A stretch of 63,870 nt of DNA, the filler included, from Porpidia crustulata (Eukaryota), in assembly GCA_964255105.1 (NCBI GenBank). It is 12 parts of 12 records of this genome, joined end to end, with 100 filler letters (N's around TTAATTAATTAA, not from the genome) between each part and the next. Parts side by side here need not be neighbours in the genome. Positions count along the whole stretch, not along the records: positions 48,050 to 53,259 come from CAXUWE010001879.1; positions 53,360 to 58,566 come from CAXUWE010001880.1; positions 58,667 to 63,870 come from CAXUWE010001881.1; 9 more parts are not named here. One strand, given 5' to 3'. The notes under the pieces were generated by a model. The model searched no databases. It had not been told where the DNA came from and worked only from the letters and a program-made list of their open reading frames with translations. Shown here piece by piece: positions 49,854 through 61,815 of the stretch (positions within the stretch are counted from its first letter, which is position 1; every line of letters begins with the position of its first letter). The position numbers were made by a program, and so were the translations under genes.

Positions 49854-51260
49854 GCCCGCGGAAAGCGCTACACCAGACGCTCAGAGAGAAGTTCCGATGA
49901 AATGGGTTGATGTAAGAATGGTGAAAAGGCTTCCCAAACGATGATAGAGTTGGGAACCTGGCCAGTGCAGATGCACGTCCGAGATGCGAAAGCAAAGAAC
50001 AATGACTCTTGGGGCCATGCAGTGGCATGCTTCCGACCCATGTGCAGTAGTCTGGACACCACCACCATTCCCGTCACACATTTCACACGGCTGTTCCAGA
50101 TCCACGGGATTGGACAACAGGCCAGCATGGACAGGCACACAGGGAGGACGCAATCGACCTAGCTGGTTGTAATTATCAATTCAATCTGATGACAAGATAG
50201 CGACCCGTTATCTGCCACGTCTGCTTATCTGAAATGAAGACCCTCCTTTTGCCCTGCTCTTTCCAGGCCTTCGACCACCACGCGACTACGTCGAAACGAC
50301 AACCGAGATCTGCCTCTAAGCTGCCCCAAGTCTCCATGGTCTCCGAATACATGGACGCGAGGCAACGTCATGGACGTTCTCGGGGGAACAAGTCTGTCGA
50401 TCACGCTCATGGTGCCTGGAAGCTTACTTGGGTAAATCAGACGTGCGAAATGCCGCTAAGCCCCTGCTAGTTAACTTCCCCCACTAAACCTCTTCGAGTT
50501 AGTTCTCTCCGAACTAAAGGCCGTACGAAACACATGTGTAACCGTAAAATTTCGTGTATTTGGCAAATGCGTTTTGATTTATAACATTTACATAAATCTT
50601 ACAAGTATCTTTCAAAACTGCTCACCGCGCAAGTCAAATAATTACACGTAATTGAATTAGAAAAGATTTAACAAGTGTTCTGATTCATTTATTCTTCGGC
50701 GAGTAACTCTGTATTATTCCAGTTATATTAAAAAGATCCGAGGAATAATTCCTTCGACGAAATGAGAATGCAGTGCAAAACAGATTTAGGAAGATCTCGC
50801 AAGCAGAAAGTGTCACGATTATCGATGTTGGATGTTGAAGTTTTGCGACATCCAGTTTTAAACAAGAAAAGATTCTACGCTTTTAGCGAGCAAGGGCGTG
50901 TGATAATATGGAGCATGAGACTACAAGTCGTCGACGATTGATTCTTTCTCTGTTCACTTTCTTCGAAGACGTTAGATGACTGCGTTAATAGTGTGAAACG
51001 ATTGATATAAGCCTGTCTCCTCGGGACGCTGTGTCCACTGCGCTGGAGAAAACATTTTGCAACGTAGATCCTTGGCAATCCGTGGTAGTACTGCTAGCGA
51101 TGGATACGGTGCTCTGGATTGTGTCATTAGGCAAAAACTTGTGTTGTCTGGTGTCTGCTTGCAACCACGGCGACTCTGTGCTTTCATATAATCATCTGAC
51201 ATGCCTTGCAAGGTTCAGCGTACACTGATATATGCCAACCTTAAGCAAAGAACCGTCAGG

Positions 51261-52735
51261 TCAGAGCTGCGACTTTGTCGCCTGTCCCACCCCCTTTCCA
51301 CCTGTCCAGGCTTCCATAGCCTCCACTTTCTTCTGCATAACACGCATCATCTCGGACCTTGCCAAAGCCGTAAGGCATCCAACTTCGATACTGGTCGCTT
51401 CCCCGTCCAGACCAAATATGGAACCTTCAACAAAGGCTTCTTGGTTTTCCACGAGCTCCGTGCAGGCTTCGGCCCACAACTCTACAGCTTTCCTGCCCTG
51501 CCACCAGTCTTTGCACGTCAAGACCCATAGATGCGGCATCCTCTCCCATTCAGTCCATTTCACTATACAGCCATCCCTTACTGCAACCCTTGCTACCACC
51601 TTTGCTGCGTCCAAGAGTCGTTCTCCTCCACCCATGGCGATCCACATTGGCGGTGCGCCTTTCCAATCTTTCGCTGTGCACGGGCTTGCAAGTGGATGTA
51701 ATAGCGTCAAAGGCTCCGCATATGGATGGCCACGAGGTGGATCTGATGGCCATTTAGTGCATCTGGGTTGGCTGTCTGTGGTGGCCGGAATCTGATCGGC
51801 AAAAATGTCGGTCTCGGCATTAGTTTCCCACGACGGAGCGCTCATGGATTGATCGAGACCTGGAGATGCAAGCGCTAGCCCGGATGGGAGTGGAAGAGGC
51901 GTGGGATGGCCATAGAATTGAATGCTAGAGCCGGAATTTGGGGAAGACGTACGGCCGAACGAGAGCAATATTTGTACAAGAGACAAGACAAGGCAGGCAC
52001 CGGCGGAATCACCGGTAAGCACAATCAATGAGGGTGCAACAGGCGCATGGAATGCTCCAGAGGGTGGAGAAATCAGGGTGAGATACGCGTGTAGAATGTC
52101 GAGCAGTGCAGCCGGGAATGGGTTCTGTGGCGCCAGCCTATAGCGAGCGATGTAGCACCTTCCACCTGTGAGACGTGCTAGTGTAGTACAGATACCTCGA
52201 CAGCTATGGGGCCCATTGAGCCTACAGTCCGAGGTATCAGCAATGGATAGGTAAAGGAATAAGTGGATAAAGTTCACTTGTCTACCATAAAAGGCAATAT
52301 GAGAGAATCCACCTACATGAATGCTCCACCATAAACATAGAATACAGTCACTTTACTTCTAACGTCCTTCATCAAGCCTTTATATTTCTCCGATTCGGTC
52401 TCTGATACCTCAGGTTCGTCCTTGTCCACCCCCGAGCGCCATCCTATCCATTGCGCCTCCAGTTCTCCAACCTCTGGCACGTCAAATTTCTCAGTCCCAT
52501 CTCCAAGCTCTTTGATGGCATTCAAGACGACTCCTTGCATGGCATTCTCCGGAGGTCTGGGGTATCTGGTTCGGGACACCCAGGTTGACCCTCTTACCCC
52601 AGGATCACGACCTGTGGCCTTTTGCCGTGAGGAAACAGTTCCAACAGTGCTTTTGACCATAGCACCACGGATATGGGCGACCCTGGTAGCTATTTGAGTA
52701 GCTGTCGGTTTGACTTGGCCATCGACTTGAGACAT
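51261..52735 (-). CDS. Alpha/beta hydrolase (HSL-like esterase); intron 52316-52222
   Basis: YVYGGAF, YRLAPQNPFPAALLD, nucleophile elbow GDSAG, ERLLD, MPH. Confidence 0.85.
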
Positions 52736-53928
52736 GTCTTGTGGATATGGAAATAGTTCCGACACTGTCTGGGGATGTTGAACGACAGTGATCAACAATC
52801 GTAATAGCGGGCACTGAAGATGGCCTTAGATGATAGCATCGAAGAATTGGAGAGTCATGCTGAGCTACGAATTCCGGACCCTCTTCCAGTCACTTTGGTT
52901 CTGCTCCGCATTAACTGTGCCATTTCTCGGCTGTAATGGGCATTGCTCCTTGCTAGTTCACATGCGTGTAGACACTGGAGTACGCGACCAACAGGTATGA
53001 ATATCGAACTTACGACTGTGAGAGGTGGATAGGTAGGTGGGAGGTAGGAATCTAGCATTGATGTTGCGATGCGTTGCATTAGTAGTTAATCTACACACTG
53101 CTTGTACAGAGACAAACGATCTGATCCCCGTGTCCCATCAGTGCTCCTACTCTGGCTCCCGCAGCCCGATGTGCCAACCTCTGCTCTCCCGGTCCCGCTC
53201 CGCCCCCCCCCCCCCGACCACCGCAAAAACCACAAACCCCAAAAGACCCAACAAGAAAANNNNNNNNNNNNNNNNNNNNNNNNNNNNNNNNNNNNNNNNN
53301 NNNTTAATTAATTAANNNNNNNNNNNNNNNNNNNNNNNNNNNNNNNNNNNNNNNNNNNNGGAATGGGGACCTGGGTTGATTTTCGGGGGATAGGTGGTGC
53401 ATTGGCTGGAGTTTTCTGCTTCGATGTACATTTTTCATGGCGAGAGTCAGATCGAGGTTTTCGATCGGCATCTACATTCTACTGATGCTCGTAAGCGTTG
53501 CGCTCGCATCGGGAAGCAGATTTTTTAATGTATGGAATCCCATCTCAATGCAAGAGAAATCTTCACTGCAATGAATCTCGATTCAAATTTACAGTCTGGT
53601 TAAAGCGAAACACATTTGCAACGTTATGGTATAAGGTTGGGGTATCTCCGTCGATAGAAAAAAAAGCGCCGCGGAGCTCGCTAGCTGTGGATATCCTGAC
53701 TCGAAGACACATGTCCAGAAGACGTGTCCGATCCTGGGTATCCGTCTGTGGTGTCGTCCGTTGCGGAAGACGATGCACGCTTTGTTCAGAGTCAAAAGAG
53801 AAATATTGCTGACTTGGCATTACCATCTTTAGCAAGATTCGCCATACTGACGGAGAGTTGGGGGAAAACCATGCACGCAAGCGATGAAGTGAGAGGGCTG
53901 TACATAGCATCCGATGAGATCATTCCTC

Positions 53929-55992
53929 TTAGTATCCGTTCGCCGGCATCTTGAAATCCTTCATGTCTTTCAGCATGACCGCGGCCATGCCCTCGGCTTT
54001 CCACTTCAAGATCTGGATCTTTGACGGCTCGCGGTCGTGCGGGATGTGCTCGACCGGGGGTTCGTTTCTGCCGCACATGTCGTCCCATTCGTTTTCGGTG
54101 AGGGGCACCGTTGATCCTGAGTGGTTGGAAGAGACGGAATTACATCGGTCGTGAGTGCTGGTGTCATTGACGGTGGCGGCTTCGGTGGCGGCGTCGATTT
54201 CCTTGGTCGCGTGGTTCTCATGATCGGGACCAGGTTCTTTGCCATCAGAGTTGCCTTCTTTACCGATCTTGAAGCTCTTTTCAATATTGGCGGTAGGATT
54301 GTCCCCCGCACCTTCAAGACCTGCTTTCTCTTTTGCTTTCGCTGCGAGTCGTGCCGCTCTGAACTCCGCCCTCTCCTTCTCCTCGTTGGGGTCAAAATCC
54401 TTCTCGATGAGCGCACTAACGACAATCGATTCTTTGATGTAGCACACAGCTATCCATAATCCATCCATCTCGATGACCATCTGACGGAGACCATTGTTCT
54501 CTTTATTTGTAGTGATTTGATGTATCTTGACATCTACTACATAGTTATAGGGAGCTTCGAAATCGCTGCCGGCGAGTAGGTTGGCGTTCTTTTGACGCCA
54601 TGTCAGGCCGGTCAGGGCAGCAATCTTGCGGGCTTGGACAATTCCCAGGCCGTCGCTATAGCCGATTAGAGTACCATGGAGGGAGTGCATGCTGTTGAGC
54701 TGTTAGTTATACAACGAAGGAGAGAGTTTAAAGAATAATTAAAGTCAAGATTGAGCATATTCAATATAATACGCTTAAGTAAGGGAGAAAGGAGCTCGGC
54801 GTATTGAAGCAACAGCTGAAGGGATGACTGACACGTATTTAGAAGCATGCTCGTCAATATTCTCTGTCAGGAGCGCAGATATGTTGCGTGCGTTAAACAT
54901 CTCGGCAGGGTCAAAATTATTTGTGTGATATTTTGTGATGGTTTCGATGTCGATAACAACGGGTTTGGTGCGTACAAGATACTGTGCTTCTTGAAGAGTG
55001 AAGTCGTAAGGCTCGTCGTTGTCGTCAAGGTGCTCGCAATCAGTATAAGCTCCTTCGAATTCCTCACACTCGTTACACTTATCGTAGTGGGTACGTGTCC
55101 CAAGCACTTCCTTGGGTATTCTGTTGGGTTTCTCCGGTGCAGGCTTCTGTGGGTCAATGGCGTTATACCTGGTGTCGCGCTGATAATCTAAGATGGCAGC
55201 AGCGCTGTCTGAGAAAACCGATTTCTTGACGTTGGCTACTTTTGCACGTACACAGTCGGCGCCTTGCTGAACACCCGGCTGAAAGGAGTTGGCAGCAACC
55301 TTGACGAGTGAGTCTCCGTTCTTTCCAATATTCGAAACCACACGAAGTTTGCGTTTGCTCCCTGCACCACGACCAGAACCTGCAATATTCCGGCTGGGCT
55401 CCGGCGTAATTTGTACTTGCGGATCGAATTTGACGCGCAAGTTCGATGTGCAAAGAGGAGCGTCTGTAGAAGTTCCGGTGATACTTGGGGTGATTAGCGG
55501 AGGCGCAAGGCTTGACTTGGAGGCTCCCTCGAAATCAAAAGCTGGCAGAAGAGATGCGCGCGGACCAAGGCAGATAGATAAAGTTGGAGCTGGTTTTCCA
55601 GTGACTGCCTTACGGTTCAGGTCGATGTTGGTGCCACCAGCTTTGTCGGAGAAGGATCGGGGCGGAGGCTTGAAAAGGTCGTGACTTGCGACCGGTAACG
55701 AACTCGGAGCACTGAGAAAGGGAGGATGAATGGTGTGATTTGTCGCTGCTCCGAAGATCAAGCCGTCATTTGAAAGGGGAGGAATGAAACTTTCGAGGGT
55801 AAGCTCAGGGGGTATGTAAGCTGAATTCCTGAAAGGAACGTGGGATGGCGATATCAAGATTTTTTCGCTTTCGAACCGAACAACAGGTTGTACAGGATCA
55901 ACAAACTCTGGTTTGGCTAGCGCTAAAACAGGTACCGGATTTACAAGGTCTTTTGGGTGCTGACGGCGTTGGGTTCCCTGAGGCGGTGCCAT
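53929..55992 (-). CDS. ~640-aa protein: long Pro/Ser-rich N-terminus plus C-terminal roadblock/LAMTOR2-like domain; intron 54832-54692
   Basis: A GTCAGT..CTAAC..CAG phase-2 intron joins two ORFs. Spliced pattern ISALLTEN..GTLIGYS..IAALTGLTW..LRQMVIEMDG..VVSAL..ILKWKAEGMAAVM. Confidence 0.55.
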
Positions 55993-57175
55993 GGCGGGCG
56001 ATGTCAGTATGGTTCAGGCGTATGAGGGACAAGTATTAAGGACGCAGTTGGCAATGAAGGCATTTTGATATTCACATTACAGAAATTCCAAGGACTCACT
56101 TGATCAGTGTTGAGGGTTGCGACTGAGTTAATCTCTCATCGTAATTCGTCGGCCGGATTGTAGATCCGAAGGCAAGAAGGTAGAGCCGATAGGGCAGCGA
56201 GAGAGAAAGTCGATGATGAAGTAGGGAATTGAAAGTTATCTGGGGCAGTGAATGAACAGTTGTTGGGGGGGGCAAGAAAAGGCGGACTAATATGACGAGG
56301 AGAACAGTGAAGGAGGCACGGAGATGGAAATTAACACGAACATGAACACGGTCGGGCAATCAACTCAACATCGGGATATTACAGTATTACAGTATTACAG
56401 AGATAGCAGACTTTCAATTCATACGCATGGTGATACAATTTACAGGAACAGGCAAAGGGAGGATATATCAGAAGTAATGGATGTCTTCGGTCGGTGGTCT
56501 AGGTAGATTCTGACGTTGAATCGATACTCTAGTGGTATCTAGCGGTATCTGTCTCCGGAGCTAAACGATTGTATCAGTGAATTTCGTGCATAAATTACAC
56601 AAATTGCATCAATTCACTCGAAATTGAACCTCCTCCAGCATCAATTCCTTCACGGCCAAAAGGTGATTTCTTCGGAGCTACATCCACAGAGAATCAGGAA
56701 GCTGCTCGAAACAGGAGACATTGCTATTTCTGATAATACAATGGTCAATGATCCGAGGGCCACTATCAACACTTCATCGTCTTGACCCTTGACTTTGGCA
56801 TGCTTTATCTTACCTGATATCCGAGGATGATGATGGGCGCTAGACATCAGCCGCACAGACGCTGGAGTGAAGCTGGGCCGAAAGATGGACGTCTTTTAAT
56901 AATAATATCGACCCCTCATCGAGCGTGGAGATACAGACGTCATAGCTCCCAAAACGATTAATTGATACAGTATTCTTTTCTAACATATACTATTCTTCCA
57001 ATTGATCTTTTGCATACTACGAAAATACCTTTCTATGATTGTTTTACATAATTCAACACGTAGCCCCAGACTTTATATCATTCTACGACAGAGCATCAGT
57101 TCTTTAGGTATCACTATGACGTCCCTACAGCGTATCCGGATCTAAATATCGCCAGGTCGATTAACATACGCCACA

Positions 57176-58457
57176 ATGGCTACCGATACATCTCATTACA
57201 AGTTCAATCGTACGTGTGGGCCAAGATGAATCTATGGGGCTTTGCTAATATCTTGCAGACTCGATGCTCCGAGTCAAAGATCCCAAGGAATCAGGTATAC
57301 CTTCATATTACCCATGCTCGGCGCCATGCTGATGGTGTCTCAAAAGTCAAATACTATGAATTCCTGGGCATGAAACAAGTCAGCAAACTGTCAATGCCGG
57401 AAGCCAAATTCGACAATTACTTCATGGCCTACGACGCACCCAACAGCGCATCATCCGGCGCCCATTGGACCGACCGTGAAGGCGTTATTGAGTTAACCCA
57501 TAATTATGGCACGGAGAATGACCCCGACTACAAGATTGCCAATGGCAATTCAGAGCCAGGGAAAGGATTCGGACACGTTTGTATCAGCGTGGATAACAGT
57601 ATGCAACCCGGCATTGCTTAATACAACAAACGGCCGCTCAATAAAACTCTCTAGTCCAAGCCGCCTGCCAAAGAATCGAGGATGCCGGCTACAAATTCCA
57701 AAAGAAATTGACCGACGGCCGTATGAAGAGCATAGCCTTCGCTCTCGACCCTGACGGCTATTGGGTCGAGATCATCGGCCAAAATCCTGTCGAGAATACC
57801 GAAAACATCAAGACCACCGACACAGGCTCCTACCGAATGGTAATCCCTCCCAAAACCCCATCAACAGACCATCGCCTAACCACTCTCGCCTATAGAACCA
57901 CACCATGATCCGCGTCAGAGACCCCACCACCTCCCTATCCTTCTACCAAGAAACCATGGGCATGTCCCTCCACCGCACCTCCGAAAACCCCTCCGCTGGC
58001 TTCACCCTCTATTTCCTCGGCTACCCGACCTCCCCCTCCCTCTCCTCGTCCTCGTCCGCCAACAACGTCAACCCCACCGCCACCCGCGAAGGCTTGCTCG
58101 AATTAACCTGGAACCACGGCACCGAAAAAGACGTCGGCTTCAAATACCATAACGGCAACGACCAACCGCAAGGCTTCGGCCACATTGCCATCACCGTCGA
58201 CAATCTCGACAAGGCGTGCGCGCGGTTTGAGGCCCAGGGTGTGAGTTGGAAAAAGAGACTAACGGACGGGCGGATGAAGAACGTAGCCTTTGTATTGGAT
58301 CCCGATGGCTATTGGTTCGTTCTCCGTCTTTCTTTCTTTCTTTCTTTCTTTCTTATTTTTTCGCGATTCGTCAAATCCATAATATAGTAAAACTAATAAT
58401 GCCCGCAGGATCGAAGTCATCCAGAACGAAAGGATCAAGCGGTCGAGTAATTGGTAG
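57176..58457 (+). CDS. GLO1: Glyoxalase I (lactoylglutathione lyase), two-domain fungal type, multi-exon
   Basis: YKFNHSMLRVKDPK, REGVIELTHNYGTE, GFGHVCISVDN, NHTMIRVRDP, REGLLELTWNHGTE, GFGHIAITVDN, DPDGYW twice. Confidence 0.96.
58327..58354 (+). repeat. (TCTT)n microsatellite in the last GLO1 intron
   Basis: About seven tandem TCTT units. Confidence 0.9.
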
Positions 58458-58862
58458 CGTCGACAGATGCTGTACTTCTTGTATATAGCCGTGTGCCACC
58501 ACATCCATCCGCGTATCGCAAAACCAATCTTTACCCTGTAACACCTATGATCCCCGTTCTCAGGTGNNNNNNNNNNNNNNNNNNNNNNNNNNNNNNNNNN
58601 NNNNNNNNNNTTAATTAATTAANNNNNNNNNNNNNNNNNNNNNNNNNNNNNNNNNNNNNNNNNNNNCTCCTGCGCCGGTGCCTCCTGCTGGGGGCGATGG
58701 CTCGAAGGTTGTCAGTGCGGCGGTGGATAAGGAGGGTTTGCCGTATGTTTGGGGCGGTGGAGGATGTGATGGTCCTTCGGGCGGAGGGTTTGATTGCTCG
58801 GGTGGGTTTCCCTTTTCCTTGCAAGCCTCCGTGATTGTCGGAGCTGATCGTTCCTGATCCAG

Positions 58863-59213
58863 GCCTTACCCAATACGCGATCTGCCAAGCTGTGGGCAAG
58901 ACCATCCCGCGCACTGCCGACACGCAGTATGGCTCCTCAATGGGCAAACATATTCCACGCGCGGAAGCTCAGGCTGGAGATTTGATCTTCTGGGCTAGCA
59001 GCGCGGACTGTGCTGGGTCGGTCTCGCATGTTGGGATATTCAAGGAGCCGGGGATGATGGTTAATGCTGCCCATACTGGGACGCCGGTCAGGGAGCAGAA
59101 AATTTGGATCTCTAGCGGCGGGGAGTCGATCTGTCCCGATGCTGTCAGGTAACTGGTCTTCAATTCTCTTGCTATCTAGTAACAGAAGCTCACCCTCTAC
59201 TAGGTTTTGGTAA
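58863..59213 (+). CDS. NlpC/P60 (C40 peptidase) domain protein, 3' exons only (58863-59148, 59204-59213)
   Basis: GLTQYAI..IPRTADTQY..AQAGDLIFW..SHVGIF..MVNAAHTGTPVRE. The catalytic DCS exon presumably lies upstream of the contig start. Confidence 0.85.
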
Positions 59214-59698
59214 ATATAACTTGGAGCATGAATCAGAAAATATAGACGAGAACGAGATGCGGTAACAGATGCGTACGCCCTTCTGTTTGATATTACAAAC
59301 TTGCATTGCGTTCTCAATACCCATATGCTGTATTGCTCGTGTCAAAGAGCTACATCTATGCCTTTGGCACGTCTTTGCGTAGTCGTCTCTAGACACCAAC
59401 TACCTTTTATAGAGTCATCCCAACAACAAGGACGCTTGAAAGTGCACAAGACCTTCAGAAAGGAGACATCTTCTCCAAATCTTCGTTAATCGTCTTGGAG
59501 TATTGCTCAGTGATTGAGCATGAATCTTTTCATTCGCCTCGGAACCGTACATCAAGGCTCAAGATTCTTGCTCATACACTTGGCAAGATTGTACCTTTAC
59601 AGATTGAATACTTCTTCACGTAAACAGCAGTAAAACTCAATAAGTGAAAGGGTAGGTTGCGTGGTTGCATGATATATGAGGCATTCCATATCGCCGCT

Positions 59699-59728
59699 GG
59701 AGCTTCAAGTCGCCGTTAGCGCGGTGGC
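59699..59728 (+). promoter_or_regulatory. Candidate proteasome-regulon elements (GGAGCT 59699-59704; PACE-core GGTGGC 59723-59728) upstream of RPT4
   Basis: Short motif matches ~220-250 nt upstream of the ATG. Confidence 0.3.
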
Positions 59729-59946
59729 CCGAGCTTTCGGGATGTTGATGGAAAGGTCGTTCACACTTCGTCGATATATCTTCCTCATCCTCTGTTTGAC
59801 TCTTCGCACCAAACTAATCGCCACAGCAAAGCCTTTGTAAATCTCTCTGTTCTACGATTCGACCCCATACGTCCGCCGTGAACAGCTAATTGGCCCACCG
59901 TATCGTGACTGCTTGCCCAGTGTCTAGACAGACTATTAACGCCGGT

Positions 59947-61303
59947 ATGGATGGTAGTGATCCAGAGAGGGCAGATGCCCTTGAACAGTACAAAAATAAG
60001 CTGTTGGAGTCAAGGGAGATGGAGGCCAAGCTGAAAACATTACGGCTGGATATCAAGGGCTTGCAGAAGGAGTTCGATACGACGGAAGACAACATAAAGG
60101 CATTACAGAGCGTTGGGCAAATAATAGGCGAGGTCTTGAAGCAGCTCGATGAAGAGAGATGTAAGTCGATGGGCTTCCTTCTGTCGTGCAGCGTAGTAAA
60201 GGCCATTCACTGACGATTATGTGTAGTCATCGTCAAAGCTTCATCCGGTCCCCGATATGTAGTCGGCTGTCGGTCGAAGGTCGACAAAGCCAAGCTGAAA
60301 CAAGGAACACGTGTTGCTCTCGACATGACCACCCTCACAATTATGCGAATGCTACCTAGAGAAGTCGACCCGCTAGTGTATAACATGTCCTTGGAGGATC
60401 CAGGCCAGGTCAGCTTCGGGGGTATCGGTGGGCTGAACGAGCAGATCAGGGAACTACGAGAGGTCATAGAACTACCACTTAAGAATCCCGAGTTATTCCT
60501 CAGGGTTGGTATTAAGCCGCCAAAGGGTGTTTTACTCTACGGACCACCAGGAACAGGAAAGACACTATTGGCGCGAGCAGTGGCCAGTGGGCTAGAAACA
60601 AATTTCTTGAAGGGTATAGATAGCCTCGCTTGTCTCCTATGAAGAGGACTACTGACAGTTTTCAGTCGTTTCGTCAGCTATTGTCGACAAATATATTGGA
60701 GAGTCTGCCAGGTTAATACGAGAAATGTTCGGATACGCAAAGGAGCATGAACCCTGTATCATCTTCATGGACGAAATTGACGCTATCGGTGGTCGAAGGT
60801 TTTCAGAAGGGACCTCCGCCGATAGAGAAATCCAACGGACCTTAATGGAATTACTAAACCAACTAGATGGGTTCGATTACCTGGGAAAGACTAAGATCAT
60901 CATGGCAACCAACCGTCCCGATACCCTCGATCCTGCATTGCTACGAGCAGGCCGTTTGGATAGGAAGATTGAGATTCCTTTGCCAAACGAGGTCGGTAGA
61001 TTGGAGATCTTGAAAATCCACACAACCGGCGTTGCCCTGGAAGGAGAGATCGACTTTGAAAGTGTAGTCAAAATGAGTGATCAGTTGAATGGTGCTGATC
61101 TACGAAATGTGGTCACAGAAGCGTGAGTAATTCCCATATGACATCTAAGATATAGGGGACTTGCTGATTAGTTGCGCTACAGTGGGCTATTCGCTATCAA
61201 GGACTACCGGGATTTCATAAATCAAGACGATTTCAACAAGGCGGTAAGGAAAGTCGCAGAATCGAAGAAATTAGAGGGCAAGTTAGAGTATCAGAAGCTT
61301 TGA
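59947..61303 (+). CDS. RPT4: 26S proteasome AAA-ATPase subunit Rpt4, 4 exons
   Basis: [76 protein letters not shown]-terminus [11 protein letters not shown]. Confidence 0.97.
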
Positions 61304-61815
61304 TGGCGTGGTTTTCCCAGTGCGTAGATTCACGTTAAGGTAATTGACCTCAAGGGTTTTAGGGGCACAATAGACATGTACAAATATCTCATCAAGCACG
61401 GTCTACTTCATTCGTGACAGATCTAAGCATATGACTGTAGCTGTTTCCATTATAAATTCGTAAACTCCCCTGGGTAGGTGGACGATCTTGCCGAGTCTTG
61501 GCATGATGTATTGACCAGATATGGTATTGTGTCTACAGCAGTCGATGCCTGCGACTGTCGCTGTCTGTCAACAATCCCAACTTCTCACATTTCGACTCTT
61601 TACTCCATCCTAATCATGTCATTCCGGTGTCATGACTTACGAAGGGTTTCATGCTTCGCGTTTTGAATCTGACACGACTCTTGGCTGCTGCACGTAGTCC
61701 ACACGAGTGCGCCGAGGGAACTACAGCTCGAGGTTCGACGAAAGTATAACAAAAGATCGACAGTGAAAGTTTACAGCGGAGGGCAGATCTGAGTGGGGGC
61801 TGTTGTTTTAACGGA

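Noticed and set aside
50500..51200. AT-rich stretch between the MFS and hydrolase genes as a transposon relic
   Set aside because: No recognisable transposase/RT motif or terminal repeats by eye.
5253..58666. Regularly spaced TTAATTAATTAA repeats as a biological array (CRISPR-like or PacI-site periodicity)
   Set aside because: Always embedded in identical N runs; an artificial six-frame-stop linker.
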